DNA of 64,000 nt from Felis catus (lineage: Eukaryota): assembly GCF_018350175.1 (NCBI RefSeq), contig NC_058368.1:116624001-116688000 (forward strand), in the 5' to 3' direction. Shown here piece by piece: positions 22,437 through 35,599 of the stretch (positions are counted from its first letter, which is position 1; the number at the start of each line of letters is the position of its first letter). Under the pieces are notes generated by a model. It did no database searches. It was given only the letters and a program-made list of their open reading frames with translations, and had not been told where the DNA came from. A program made the translations under genes and the position numbers.

Positions 22437-24833
22437 ATGTTTTCATGGAAAGAAGAAGGTTCAGGAGCCCGGCAACTACTGCTTTCGCTTCTGCTCCTCA
22501 CAGTCTGGGAGGCTGGGAGCGGCCAGGTTCACTACTCAGTCCTGGAGGAGGCCAAACACGGCACCTTCGTGGGGCGGATCGCTCAGGACTTGGGGCTGGA
22601 GCTGGTGGAGCTGGTGCCACGCCTGTTCCGGGTGGCGTCCAAAAGCCATGGGGACCTTCTGGAGGTAAATCTGCAGAATGGCATTTTGTTTGTGAATTCT
22701 CGCATCGACCGCGAGGAGCTTTGCGGGCGGAACCTGGAGTGCAGCATCCATCTGGAGGTGATCGTGGACAGGCCGCTGCAGGTTTTCCATGTGGAGGTGG
22801 AGGTGAAGGACATTAACGACAACCAGCCGGTTTTTCCAATGGCAGTAAAAAAATTGTTTATTTCTGAATCCCGGCCGCCTGGTTCTCGGATTCCGCTAGA
22901 GGGAGCATCAGATGCAGATATTGGAGCGAATTCTTTGTTGACCTACAGTCTTAACTCTAATGATTATTTTACCTTGGATATTAAAAGAAATGATGAGGAT
23001 ATTAAAACTCTTGGACTCGTGTTGAAAAAACTTTTAAATCGAGAGGACATTCCTGAACATCACCTAGTAATAACGGCAGTTGATGGTGGGAAACCAGAGC
23101 TCACTGGCACTACTCAACTGAAGATCACCATTCTAGATGTAAACGACAACGCCCCAGAGTTTGAGAGAACTGTCTACAAAGTGAGTTTATTCGAAAATGC
23201 TCCAAACGGTACCCTAGCAGTGACTGTTAACGCCTCTGATTTGGATGAAGGAGTAAATAAGGACATTGTATATTCTTTCAATACAGACATGTCATCAGAT
23301 GCTTTGTCGAAATTCCACTTAGACCCAGTTAATGGATACATCACTGTACAGGGTAACATAGATTTCGAGGAAACTAAGTTATATGAAATCCAGGTAGAAG
23401 CGACAGATAAAGGAAATCCCCCAATGGCAGGTCACTGCACGGTTCTGGTGGAAATTTTGGACACCAATGATAATGTACCTGAGTTGGTTATCAAATCACT
23501 GTCATTACCTGTATTAGAAGACGCTCCCCTCGGCACGGTCATCGCCTTGATCAGCGTGTCCGACCGTGACTCCGGAGTCAACGGGCAGGTGACCTGCACA
23601 CTGTCGCCCCATGTCCCCTTCAAGCTGGTGTCCACCTTCAAGAATTACTATTCGCTGGTGCTGGACAGCGCCCTGGACCGCGAGAGCGTGGCGGACTATG
23701 CTCTAGTAGTGACAGCACGGGACGGGGGCTCGCCTTCGCTGTCGGCCACGGCCAGCGTGTCCGTGGAAGTGGCCGACGTGAACGACAACGCGCCGGCATT
23801 CGCGCAGGCCGAGTACACGGTGTTCGTGAAGGAGAACAACCCTCCCGGCTGCCACATCTTCACGGTGTCCGCGCGGGACGCGGACGCGCAGGAGAACGCG
23901 CTGGTGTCCTACTCGCTGGTGGAGCGGCGGGTGGGCGAGCGTGCGCTGTCGAGCTACGTGTCGGTGCACGCGGAGAGCGGCAAGGTGTACGCGCTGCAGC
24001 CGCTGGACCACGAGGAGCTGGAGCTGCTGCAGTTCCAAGTGAGCGCGCGCGACGCGGGCGTGCCCCCGCTGGGCAGCAACGTGACGCTGCAGGTGTTCGT
24101 GCTGGACGAGAACGACAACGCGCCCGCGCTGCTGCCGCTGCCTGGGGCGGGCGGCGCGGGCGGCGCCGTGAGCGAGCTGGTGTGGCGGTCGGTGGGCGCG
24201 GGCCACGTGGTGGCGAAGGTGCGCGCGGTGGACGCGGACTCGGGCTACAACGCGTGGCTGTCGTACGAGCTGCAGCCGGCGGCGGGTGGCGCGCGCAGCC
24301 CGTTCCGCGTGGCGCTGTACACGGGCGAGATCAGCACGACGCGCAGCCTGGACGAGGCGGACTCGCCGCGCCAGCGCCTGCTGGTGCTGGTGAGGGACCA
24401 CGGCGAGCCGGCGCTGACGGCCACGGCCACCGTGCTGCTGTCGCTGGTGGAGAGCGGCCAGGCGCCCAAGGCCTCGTCGCGGGTGTTGGCGGGCGCCGCT
24501 GGCGCGGAGACGGCGCTGGTGGATGTCAACGTGTACCTGATCATCGCCATCTGCGCGGTGTCCAGCCTGCTGGTGCTCACGCTGCTGCTGTACGTGGCGC
24601 TGCGGTGCTCGGCGCCGCCCAGCGAGGGCGCGTGCGGGCCGGGGAAGCCCACGCTGGTGTGTTCCAGCGCGGTGGGGAGCTGGTCTTACTCGCAGCAGAG
24701 GCGGCAGAGGGTGTGCTCTGGGGAGGGTCCGCCCAAGACCGACCTCATGGCCTTCAGCCCCAGCCTTCCACCCGGTCCCATTGGCGGGAATAGAGAAGAA
24801 CAGCTGGATGTGGATGTTGATCTTTCTGCCAAA
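22437..24833 (+). CDS. PCDHA3: Protocadherin-alpha 3 variable exon
   Basis: ATG at 22437 (the ORF track starts at the preceding GTG). 6 EC + TM; donor AAA|GTGAGT at 24834. [27 protein letters not shown] and tail DVDVDLSAK match recalled PCDHA3. Confidence 0.88.
22893..22906 (+). promoter_or_regulatory. Exonic CTCF site (eCBS) in PCDHA3
   Basis: CCGCTAGAGGGAGC within the PLEGA codons; fits the CTCF core. Confidence 0.65.
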
Positions 24834-25016
24834 GTGAGTACAGATTTTTAAATCCTTTCAAAAATCGTTTTTTATTCTTCAATGTTTCTGTTCTTTTGGA
24901 AACTTACGTTTTTGGTGTTAGAGTTTTCCAGGGTTTTGTGGTTAAAATATTTGAACTCCTTGTGACAAATGTTTTGAACTGAATTAGCAATAAGTACTGA
25001 GAGCCAAACTTGTAGT

Positions 25017-25050
25017 GTTGTTGTTGTTGTTGTTGTTGCTGCTGCTGCTG
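25017..25050. repeat. Compound (GTT)n(GCT)n microsatellite (copy at 49377-49410)
   Basis: Seen directly; same length in both copies. Confidence 0.9.
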
Positions 25051-25522
25051 TTAATAGGTGCAGTAGTAGGATTATTTTATTGCTAAAGATAGAAACCAAA
25101 TATATTTTCTTAGATGAATTGTATTGTTTAGAATATTTGACTCCAATTGTGTTTTACTAATCCTTGCACAATGCTTCAATAGATTTTGCCACTTTTTTTT
25201 TGGAATTCCTACTAGATGTTAGTCCAAATGTCACTGGTTCATTTTATGAGTTCACCATAAATGCTCACCACTTCTTTTGGTTAATATATCCTTAGTTTCA
25301 AATATTAGTTTACTAAGCCTGTTGTCTGTATGAAGCCTCTTTTACTCATTTATTCATTTGTCTGAAGTCTTAGTTCCTTGTTTTTACTTGAACATGATTC
25401 ATTTTAGTCCTTGTGCTCACATTTGGTAATATGTTGTATTGTGGCTAGTTTCTCAATTGGGTAAAGAAAACCACACACACACACCAGAATAATAATTTTA
25501 TTGGTTTAGAATTGTATCTTTA

Positions 25523-25730
25523 GGAGCACCTGGGTGGCTCAGTCGGTTAGTGTCCAACTCCGGCTCAGGTCCTGATCTCGCAGTTTGTGAGTTCGAGCCC
25601 CACATGGGGTTTCTGCTGACAGCTCAGAGCCTGGAGCCTGCTTCGGATTCTGTGTTTCTTTCTCTCTCTGCCCCTCCCCCGCTTGTGCTCTGTCTCTCTC
25701 TGTCTCTAAAAAATAAATGTAAAAAAAAAT
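25523..25730 (+). mobile_element. Can-SINE
   Basis: TSD ttagaattgtatcttt. Confidence 0.92.
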
Positions 25731-25892
25731 TAGAATTGTATCTTTGTTCATCTTCAGTTTCTCACTACTTTAATTAGTAAGCATTGAAAAAATCAATAGT
25801 AAGTGAACTTTTATACTTCCTTCAGTGTATCTTCGTTTAGAAAACATTGGTTTTGAAAGTATATTATTAATTTTGTTAAGAATTGTTTTCCA

Positions 25893-26120
25893 GGGGCGCC
25901 TGGGTGGCGCAGTCGGTTAAGCGTCCGACTTCAGCCAGGTCACGATCTCGCGGTCCGTGAGTTCGAGCCCCGCGTCAGGCTCTGGGCTGATGGCTCAGAG
26001 CCTGGAGCCTGTTTCCGATTCTGTGTCTCCCTCTCTCTCTGCCCCTCCCCTGTTCATGCTCTGTCTCTCTCTGTCCCCAAAATAAATAAACGTTGAAAAA
26101 AATTTTAAAAAAATTGAAAA
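25893..26120 (+). mobile_element. Young feline-type Can-SINE
   Basis: Near-consensus, CpG-rich; TSD gaattgttttcca. Confidence 0.95.
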
Positions 26121-26139
26121 GGAATTGTTTTCCATCAGA

Positions 26140-26356
26140 TGAGGCTCCTGGGTGGCTCAGTTGGTTGGGCATCTGATTGTGGCTCAGGTCATGATCTCAT
26201 GGTTTGTGGGTTCAAGCCCTGCATCGGGCTTTGTACTGACAGCTCAGAGCCTAGAGCCTTCTTTGGATTCTGTGTCTCCTTGTCTCTCACTGCTCTTACC
26301 CTGCTTGTGTGCTCTGTCTCTCTCTAAAATAAATAAACACTTAAAAAATTTTTTTA
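26140..26356 (+). mobile_element. Older Can-SINE
   Basis: CpG-decayed body; TSD aattgttttc(ca/tg)tcaga. Confidence 0.9.
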
Positions 26357-27304
26357 AATTGTTTTCTGTCAGAAAACTTTGTTGAGAATGCTGCTTTCTA
26401 TCTAATTTTAAAACTACTCTACTAGCAAAACTTATTAATCATTAACCTATTTTGCAAACACTTAGTAGTAAGGATGCTAATGTCCAAAAACTCCAGTAAG
26501 TCAATGTTATTACTTGTGACCTTCCTCTGAATACTAACCTGTCTATTAAGGTGTGTTATATAGTATGTAAACCCTCCAAATAACTGCAACCAAATTAAAC
26601 AAAATGAAATTATTTTGTAGTCATTTCTCTATTTAGCATTTGATCATTTCTCCAAATAGATGGACTTCCATTCAAGTTTCCTTGCCACTGGAAACTGAAC
26701 CTTAGCCATATTAGAGATTAGAAAACAAGCAATTATTTCTAAACCATGAAAGACAAAATGAAAATACTAACCTTGCTTGTGGAAGGTGAATGGGTTCCAG
26801 TGTATATAATTATATAGAATATATCCACCTGAGTTATAACTACAACTTACTACTTCCTGTATGAGCATCCTTATCAAAACCTAGTTAATACTCAGTGACA
26901 TTGTGGGCTGAAGCTAACATATACAATAGAAAGATAATCCTTTTTTCCCATTTTCATTTCAATTTCTCTCACTATCCTTTGTTGAATCCTGTCCATCAAA
27001 TGTTCACCACAACATGTCCAACCTGAATTCACATGTTATTTCATTAGGCCTTATTTTCATCCTATTGTAATTATAGGGTCATGCAAAGTTTTTGTCTCCC
27101 AGGATGTGGAACATCAGTCTTCAAATCGAGCTGTCCTCTTCAAATTCTTGACTAACAAGATTCCCAGTTAATAAGACATTTCAAAGACTTTTGAGTTTTT
27201 CTCTTTAGAAATATATTGCTGCTCTACCAGATTAATACTAATCGTTCTCACATAAATATCCTTTATATTCTTTTGTACTCCTCATCTATGCATTTAATTA
27301 TTTT

Positions 27305-27539
27305 CTTTTTTTTTTATTTTTAAAAAAAAAATTTTTTTCAACGTTTATTTATTTTTGGGACAGAGAGAGACAGAGCATGAATGGGGGAGGGGCAGAGAGA
27401 GGGAGACACAGAATCGGAAACAGGCTCCAGGCTCTGAGCCATCAGCCCAGAGCCTGACGCGGGGCTCGAACTCACGGACCGCGAGATCGTGACCTGGCTG
27501 AAGTCGGACGCTTAACCGACTGCGCCACCCAGGCGCCCC
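27305..27539 (-). mobile_element. Young feline-type Can-SINE
   Basis: TSD gcatttaattatttt. Confidence 0.93.
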
Positions 27540-29328
27540 GCATTTAATTATTTTCAAAATAAAGTAAATGGACAGGGAGTCTTTTCCGTTGTCTTCCAGT
27601 GTGTTTGACATGTGTGATCATTTTTTGCAAAACTACAGTTTGGGTCCTCAGACAGAGGAACAATGCTAATTGATGTTTTAATGCAGAAAAGGATATTTTT
27701 GTGTGAGTGTGGCTCTTCATAGAATGGAAGCCTAAAGCCAAAAGCCATTTTCAGTAGATTGATATTTTGTCCTAGACAACCATGAGGGAAAGAGGTTTGT
27801 GAATATAATAGGCAAAGAAAGCTTGAAAATAATTATCATTAAAAAAGAAAAGAATTATGTCCTTTTATGTTAAGTTTCCTTATGTTAGGAAAATATATTG
27901 TGCTCTAGTTATTGAGAATTCTTCATTGGCTATTAAAACTCAGATGTCTCTAAGGTCATGACTGCCAAAAAGCCAAATGAAACTAAGCTAAAATCCAGGT
28001 TTTCACTATGCAAATTGAAATATATCTTAATTAGGGCATCATATAAGGAAAATATTTTTGTATCTCTGGAAAATAACAGACGCTGCTGCTGAGACATCAT
28101 ATTTGCCTAACTAGCTTTGTGACCACCTTAACTTAATGCATTTTATTAGGCAATTGAAGAGAACCAAATCATTCTATTAGGTAAATATTCAGGAAATACC
28201 TGGTATGTATTCTGAGCTCTTAAACTAATAAGATACAACTATTCTCTTTAAAAGTTTGTATTTTATAAAAGAAGGCTCCAGCTATTTGGATCTTTGTACT
28301 TATTACATGACACTCCTGTCATTAGACATACATACCCAAATGGCTAAAAAGGATAAATTAATGTAATAAATGGCCCAAGTGATTCAGTCTGTATGCTATA
28401 GTATATAAAAGAGAGTAAAAGTACCTGCTCAATTGGTTTAATCATGAAAGTCTTCATTTCATTGGTCAAGAAAATTTTTAATGGTATAAAGTGGGGGAAA
28501 TTGCTGTATGAGGCATTTGGAAAAGATGGATCGTACTTATGAGGATGAATGATTATGTTTATTTGGTGAAAAATATTGTTGGAAGCCAGAAGTTGCCCAC
28601 TAGGACTAAAATACATGAGCACAGTACAAGAAAATAGAAATGTATGTACACTAGACACTGGAGAACAGGCAAGTATTTATAAATCATAAGAGACAAATTG
28701 AGAATACCAATCTTGATTGTTGGAGGTGAGTGTATTTGTTAATAAAATTATTTGGAATACTTTCCCACACGAATTATATATTACAACATCATAGTTCCTT
28801 CTTAAAGCTCTTTGCACCTTCAGCCCTGAGGTGAATTAATGAAGACTTTCAGTTAAGTGCTGGTAATTTCTGCTTCCTTTTTCAGACATTTTAAAACATC
28901 CCTTTCAAAGACTTATTCTTGGCATTGGAGGTTTCCTAGTTCAGAGGGTTCTCTGAAGTCTTCAACACCAGAAATATGAAATACAAAGATCAAAAGTGTG
29001 TCATCATTAATAACTATTTCCCCCCATTTTCAGGAACACATATAATCAGTCAAGAATTTTCCTAATCAACACTTAACAATCCTGTTTGCAAAATGTGTTT
29101 TAACTCCAGTTGGGTCTCTATAAATAGTTAAAACCTGTATGAAAAAAGGATTTCCACTGAAGTAAAAGTTGCCCCTGTGGTGAAACTAAGGGTCACATTC
29201 AATCAGAGGTACAAAACGTGTAACTTAGTAGCACAAAATGTGTTGCTATTCTCCAACAGCATTAAAGTACGCGGAATGGCAAAAGAGTAAGACTGAGCAG
29301 AATCAGAATTTATTACTTACGGTTTGGA

Positions 29329-29353
29329 GCCACATGATGTCGCTCTGTACCAT
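29329..29353 (+). promoter_or_regulatory. CSE / pCBS of PCDHA4 copy 1
   Basis: GCCACATGATGTCGCTCTGTACCAT; CGCT at 29341. Confidence 0.9.
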
Positions 29354-29519
29354 AAAATTGTTCTGCTAGAGAAAAAGAATATCCCTTCTGTTATAAAGAA
29401 GCTGCATCCACCATTCAGATAGAAATGGAGGATACATCGGCATAGACTGAACGGTTAGAAGATATTTCTTGATTTTGAAACGAGATCCCTTAATGAAAAC
29501 AAAGCACTGCGGGCTCGAG

Positions 29520-31877
29520 ATGGAGTTTTCCTGGGCAAGCGGCCAGGAATCCAAGCGTCTGCTGCTCTCACTTCTATTCCTCGCAGCCTGGAGGGCGGGG
29601 AGTGGCCAGGTCCACTACTCGGTCCCGGAGGAGGCCAAACACGGCACCTTCGTGGGGCGGATCGCTCAGGACTTGGGGCTGGAGCTGGCGGAGCTGGTGC
29701 CACGCCTGTTCCGGGTGGCGTCCAAAGGCCAGGGGGACCTTCTGGAGGTAAATCTGCAGAATGGCATTTTGTTTGTGAATTCTCGCATCGACCGCGAGGA
29801 GCTTTGCGGGCGGAACCTGGAGTGCAGCATCCATCTGGAGGTGATCGTGGACAGGCCGCTGCAGGTTTTCCATGTGGAGGTGGAGGTGAAGGACATTAAT
29901 GACAATCCTCCTGTGTTCCCCGGGACACAAAAGAATCTATTTATGGCGGAATCCAGGCCTATTGACACTCGGTTTCCACTAGAGGGCGCATCGGATGCAG
30001 ATATCCGGGCCAACGCTATGCTGACCTACACACTGAGCCCCAATGAATATTTCTCGCTGGAAAAGCCGTCCGATGACGAGCGGGTAAAACGTCTTGGACT
30101 ACTACTAAGGAAATCTTTAGACAGGGAAGAAGCTCCAGAAATTTTTTTAGTGCTCACAGCCACTGATGGCGGCAAACCTGAGCTGACTGGAACCGTTCAG
30201 TTACACATCAAAGTGCTGGACGCCAATGACAACGCCCCAGCTTTTGACAGAACACTCTATGAGGTGAAAGTACAAGAAAATGTTTCTAATGGAACGTTGG
30301 TAATGAAACTAAACGCCTCAGATTTAGATGAAGGCTCGAATGCAGACATTATTTATTCATTCTCAACTGATATTTTACCAAATGTAGAATCCAAGTTTCA
30401 CATAGATCCAATTACTGGAGAAATTATGGTAAAGGGATATATCGATTTTGAAGAAAGAAAATTCTATGAAATTCTTGTAGAGGGTATTGATAAAGGACAG
30501 CCCCCTCTCTCTGGCCATTGTACAGTTATGGTGGAAGTCGAGGACACCAACGATAATGTTCCAGTAATGGAATTCAAGTCCCTGTCACTCCCAATCAGAG
30601 AAGATGCTCCACTAGGCACGGTCATCGCCTTGATCAGCGTGCATGACCTCGATTCTGGTGCCAACGGGCAGGTGACCTGCACCCTGTCACCCCATGTCCC
30701 CTTCAAGCTGGTGTCCACCTTCAAGAATTACTATTCGCTGGTGCTGGACAGCGCCCTGGACCGCGAGAGCGTGGCGAGCTATGAGCTGCTGGTGACCGCA
30801 CGGGACGGGGGCTCGCCTTCGCTGTCGGCCACGGCCAGCGTGTCCGTGGAAGTGGCCGACGTGAACGACAACGCGCCGACATTCGCGCAGGCCGAGTACA
30901 CGGTGTTCGTGAAGGAGAACAACCCTCCCGGCTGCCACATCTTCACGGTGTCCGCGCGGGACGCGGACGCGCAGGAGAACGCGCTGGTGTCCTACTCGCT
31001 GGTGGAGCGGCGGGTGGGCGAGCGTGCGCTGTCGAGCTACGTGTCGGTGCACGCGGAGAGCGGCAAGGTGTACGCGCTGCAGCCGCTGGACCACGAGGAG
31101 CTGGAGCTGCTGCAGTTCCAAGTGAGCGCGCGCGACGCGGGCGTGCCCCCGCTGGGCAGCAACGTGACGCTGCAGGTGTTCGTGCTGGACGAGAACGACA
31201 ACGCGCCCGCGCTGCTGCCGCTGCCTGGGGCGGGCGGCGCGGGCGGCGCCGTGAGCGAGCTGGTGTGGCGGTCGGTGGGCGCGGGCCACGTGGTGGCGAA
31301 GGTGCGCGCGGTGGACGCGGACTCGGGCTACAACGCGTGGCTGTCGTACGAGCTGCAGCCGGCGGCGGGTGGCGCGCGCAGCCCGTTCCGCGTGGCGCTG
31401 TACACGGGCGAGATCAGCACGACGCGCAGCCTGGACGAGGCGGACTCGCCGCGCCAGCGCCTGCTGGTGCTGGTGAGGGACCACGGCGAGCCGGCGCTGA
31501 CGGCCACGGCCACCGTGCTGCTGTCGCTGGTGGAGAGCGGCCAGGCGCCCAAGGCCTCGTCGCGGGTGTTGGCGGGCGCCGCTGGCGCGGAGACGGCGCT
31601 GGTGGATGTCAACGTGTACCTGATCATCGCCATCTGCGCGGTGTCCAGCCTGCTGGTGCTCACGCTGCTGCTGTACGTGGCGCTGCGGTGCTCGGCGCCG
31701 CCCAGCGAGGGCGCGTGCGGGCCGGGGAAGCCCACGCTGGTGTGTTCCAGCGCGGTGGGGAGCTGGTCGTATTCGCAGCAGAGGCGGCAGAGGGTGTGCT
31801 CTGGGGAGGGTCCGCCCAAGACCGACCTCATGGCCTTCAGCCCCAGCCTACCTCAAGGTCCTGGCTCTGCAGACATC
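29520..31877 (+). CDS. PCDHA4: Protocadherin-alpha variable exon: PCDHA4 ectodomain (copy 1) with a short PCDHA5-like tail
   Basis: [11 protein letters not shown] start at 29520; 6 EC + TM; donor ATC|GTGAGT at 31878. Tail [13 protein letters not shown] differs from the tail of copy 2. Confidence 0.85.
29976..29989 (+). promoter_or_regulatory. Exonic CTCF site (eCBS) in PCDHA4 copy 1
   Basis: CCACTAGAGGGCGC, consensus CTCF core. Confidence 0.75.
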
Positions 31878-32327
31878 GTGAGTCTCAAAAATATTATTCA
31901 CAAAAATTTTCGTTAAGTCTTTAATATTTAATATTTCCTTCCAACTTCTTTTTATTTTAAATTATGGTTTTATATTTGATTATTGTCTCATCATTTAGAT
32001 GTAAATTCTCAATTGGTATTAATTCATTTACTTAAAATTGGTTATGGTTAGAATTCATTTTAGTTTGTTGCATATAATCGCTTTGCACTAATGGATTTAT
32101 TTCAGTAACATACCTCCCCTTTTTTAGGTTTTAAAAGTTGGAGTTAATGGACTAGTGTTCTTTGCACAATAGAAAGTGTTTCCAAAATTAAATTTTTAAT
32201 AAATATTTTAATTTTCAATCTTTAGGAAATGTAGGAAGATACTTGTATGACATATTTGGTGGAGTTATTTATTTTCAAAGTCTCCTATTATGACAATGAA
32301 TTTTTTTTTACAGTGAAGTGTTTCTTT

Positions 32328-33187
32328 TAAAATTATTTATTTTTTAATGTTTATTTTATTTTTTGAGAGAGATAGAGCATGAGTGGAGGGGGAGGCAGAG
32401 AGAGAGGGAGACACAGAATCCGAAGCAGGCTCCAGGCTCTGAACTGTCTGAACAGAGCCTGATATGGGGCTCAAACTGGCGACTGTGAGATCGAGACCTG
32501 AGCCGAAGTTGGATGCTTAACTGACTGAGCCAGGCACCCCTTAACTTCCTTTTTAAGTAATATTTGTATACTGAATGATTCTTTTCAGGTTTCTCTAAAT
32601 GGTTGGCTTTCACATACTTATGATGAATTTGATATTTATGATTAATTTTTTAACTTTAGAGGCTTCATTTATTTTTGAATATGAAATATACTTATATGGT
32701 TTACAGTGGTTTGAAATGTTTCCCTTCCAACTTCTGTATCAAGTCACTCGGTATACCTCCTTGAATATTTCTAAATTTAAAAAATTTTAATTGTTTTAGA
32801 GAGAGAGCACAAAAGCGGGGGAGAGGGAGAGAGTGAGAATCTTTAGCAGGCTCCACGCTCAGCACAGAGCCTGACATGGGGCTCAATCCCAGGACCCTGG
32901 GATCGCGACCTGAACTGACATCAAGAGTGGGACACTTAGTTGACTGAGCCAACCAGGCACCCCTTAACTTTAATTAGCTAATTCAATTTTTTAACGTTTA
33001 TTTTTGAGAGAGAGACAGAGCATGAGCAGGGGAGAAGCAGAGAGAGAGGGAGACACAGAATCCAAAGCAGGTTCAAGGCTCTGAGTTTGTCAGCACAGAG
33101 CCTGATGTGGGGTCTGAACATATAACTCTGAGATCATGACCTGAGCCTAAGCCAGACACTTAACCAACTGATCCACCCAGGTGCCCC
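32328..33187 (-). mobile_element. Cluster of three Can-SINEs (~32328-32540, 32772-32963, 32985-33187)
   Basis: Three SINE heads (caggcacccc/caggtgcccc) with (GA)n tracts. Confidence 0.88.
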
Positions 33188-34197
33188 TAATTAGCTAGTT
33201 TTAAAGTTGATATTCAGAGGGACTCTTACAACAAAATTTATGAAAAATCTTAACTGCTCTAGAAAACCTTCAACAATAAGACTGAAAGCTAATATATCTT
33301 TTCTCAAGACTAATTGCCTGCAAGCAAAGGAAAATTTCATTTGGATGTTATTATTCGTTAGCATATGAACTCTTTGTGTACCCACACTAAAAGCAATAGA
33401 AATTCAGCAATAGGGAGTATTAGATAGATCTAGATTAATTAGTTTAAGATGATGCTTCTCATCTTGGTATTACAGTAGTCTGTGAGGATTTTGCAAGTAT
33501 ATGAGAATTTTGGAGCATGGGTGGTGGTATGTGTCCATTTGACAAATCCTTTTGTGACTCTCATTTTCTCATTTTGAGGAAGAGTTTAATCATCTCCAGC
33601 TGATAACATTACAGATGAATTCATGGTAAAATTTACATTTGGGCTTGACTTTGGTATCAGGATAACATTTTTATAGGTAAAGAGAGAGGTAATTTTAGAA
33701 ACACTTTGAACAAAGGTTGCACTGACGAAGAAGACAAGGAGATGATCTATTTCGTCTGCAAAATAGAATTCACATTGGAGAGTAGTCGAAAATAAAACTG
33801 GGAATGTTGGTTTTGATCCCATCTCAGGTCGTGTAGAAGTTATTCTAATGTCATGGAATTTCTACCTTTAACTTTACTCATGAAAATAAATATGGTAGTA
33901 TGTGAAAGAAAAGACAGATGGACTGTTAACAGACTTTGAATAGGGCAAGTAAGGGATGAGGACTGATAAAAAATTCATACAGGTGACATGTACAATGTTC
34001 ACTGCGTTAAATCAAAATGAGAATTTCAAGGGTTTGAATTTGGGGGTTGTTAATGATGTCTCTTCATAATCTTCAAAGTGTAATCAAATTATTTTCTGAG
34101 AGTCATCACCATGCATAGGTAAAAATGTCAATGAGAACCATAGAAAGAGGGAAGGAAGATGTGGGTTTGGGAATAACTTCAATAAAAGTCTTATTTG

Positions 34198-34420
34198 AGG
34201 AGCGCCTGGGTGGCGCAGTCAGTTAAGCGTCCGACTTCAGCCAGGTCACGATCTCGCGGTCCATGAGTTCGGCTCCGCGTCGGGCTCTGGGCTGATGGCT
34301 CAGAGCCTGGAGCCTGTTTCCGATTCTGTGTCTCCCTCTCTCTCTGCCCCTCCCCCGTTCATGCTCTGTCTCTCGTTGTCCCCCCAAAAACTAAATAAAT
34401 GTTGAAAAAAAAATTAAAAA
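34198..34420 (+). mobile_element. Young feline-type Can-SINE
   Basis: TSD aaaagtcttatttga. Confidence 0.93.
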
Positions 34421-34682
34421 AAAGTCTTATTTGAAACATTGGAAATGGATGAGGACACTTAAAGGAAAGCATATACAAAGTTAAGATTGAGAGAAAAGGA
34501 TGAACTCATTTAGGAGTAGCTGAAGGATCAGAGCAGCAAAGAACTATGGGTAGATATTCCACTAGAATTTGCAAGAATCAAGTATGTTAAGGAAAATTTG
34601 TTGAAGGGGAGGCCTAATATAAGCTGCCGGGAAATTTAGAAATGGAAAGAATATGCACTAAAATTTTCATCTTCCATCATTA

Positions 34683-34701
34683 AATTTTTTTAATGTTTAT
34701 T

Positions 34702-34748
<47 letters not shown>

Positions 34749-34912
34749 ACGAGCAGGGGAGGAGCAGAGAGAGAGGGAGACAGAATCAGAAGCAGGCTCC
34801 AGGCTCTGAGCTGTCAGCACAGAGCCCAATGTGGGGCTCAAACTCAGGAACTGGAAGATCATGACCTGAGCTGAAGTCTGACGCTTAACCCAGTGAGCCA
34901 CCCAGGCGCCCC
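34683..34912 (-). mobile_element. Can-SINE with long (GA)n tract
   Basis: TSD catcttcca; (GA)n at 34705-34747. Confidence 0.92.
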
Positions 34913-35402
34913 CATCTTCCATTATTAAGTAAAAGAAACAGTCTTAGGAGTATTTGATATTCACTGAAAAAAGAAATAATGGACTGCAATCTATAAGATT
35001 TTTTAAATGTGGATAAAATTTGTTAATTTAAAATTACATTCTTTTCCCATAGCAAAATATAATAACATATCCTGTAACAGAAGAATATGCACAAGTTTCT
35101 TCTCTACATAAAGAGATTAGGATATTTTGCACTTCTAATTCCCAGGCTTACTTCAGATCACAAATTTTCTAACCTGGTTGATAACAGTAATTAAATTATT
35201 GGGAGAAAGTTGTTTCTCTATGAATTATCTGATCCCTTACCCTAGTCTAAATTCATAAAAGAAGTCAGACGAGATGAAAATGGCTCTGAAAATTACAAAC
35301 ATAAGGAGATTTACTATTAAATTAAGGCAAAATAAGATTTTTTTTTAATTTAAAGGACTATAGCGTAGCTAAGTTATGTGAATTCATTTCTTACCCTTTG
35401 TA

Positions 35403-35427
35403 GTCGCATGATGTCGCTGTCTACCAT
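35403..35427 (+). promoter_or_regulatory. CSE / pCBS of PCDHA6-like exon
   Basis: GTCGCATGATGTCGCTGTCTACCAT; CGCT at 35415. Confidence 0.88.
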
Positions 35428-35599
35428 GAAGTTAATCTAGTTGTTACAGTATTCAAAATTCATTCCTTCTGTTACTGCTTGGTTCCATAAGCGCTGAGTG
35501 ATGGCAGGCGCAGAATTGGATTAACAGAGTCGGATCATACAATATTTCATCTTAATGACGAGGCAAGATCTTCTGATGGAAATAAAACAAGTATTTGAC

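Larger units (their letters stand above)
23797..31771 (+). repeat. ~8 kb segmental duplication, copy 1
   Basis: Matches 48157-56131 at a constant offset of 24,360; the ORF track repeats with the same offset. Confidence 0.97.

Noticed and set aside
25893..25970. tRNA-like A/B boxes
   Set aside because: Head of a tRNA-derived Can-SINE, not a tRNA gene.
29469..29519. Upstream starts of the A4 ORF (also 53829) and of the A6 ORF (35555)
   Set aside because: Signal-peptide alignment with paralogues favours 29520/53880 and 35600; use of upstream ATGs cannot be excluded.
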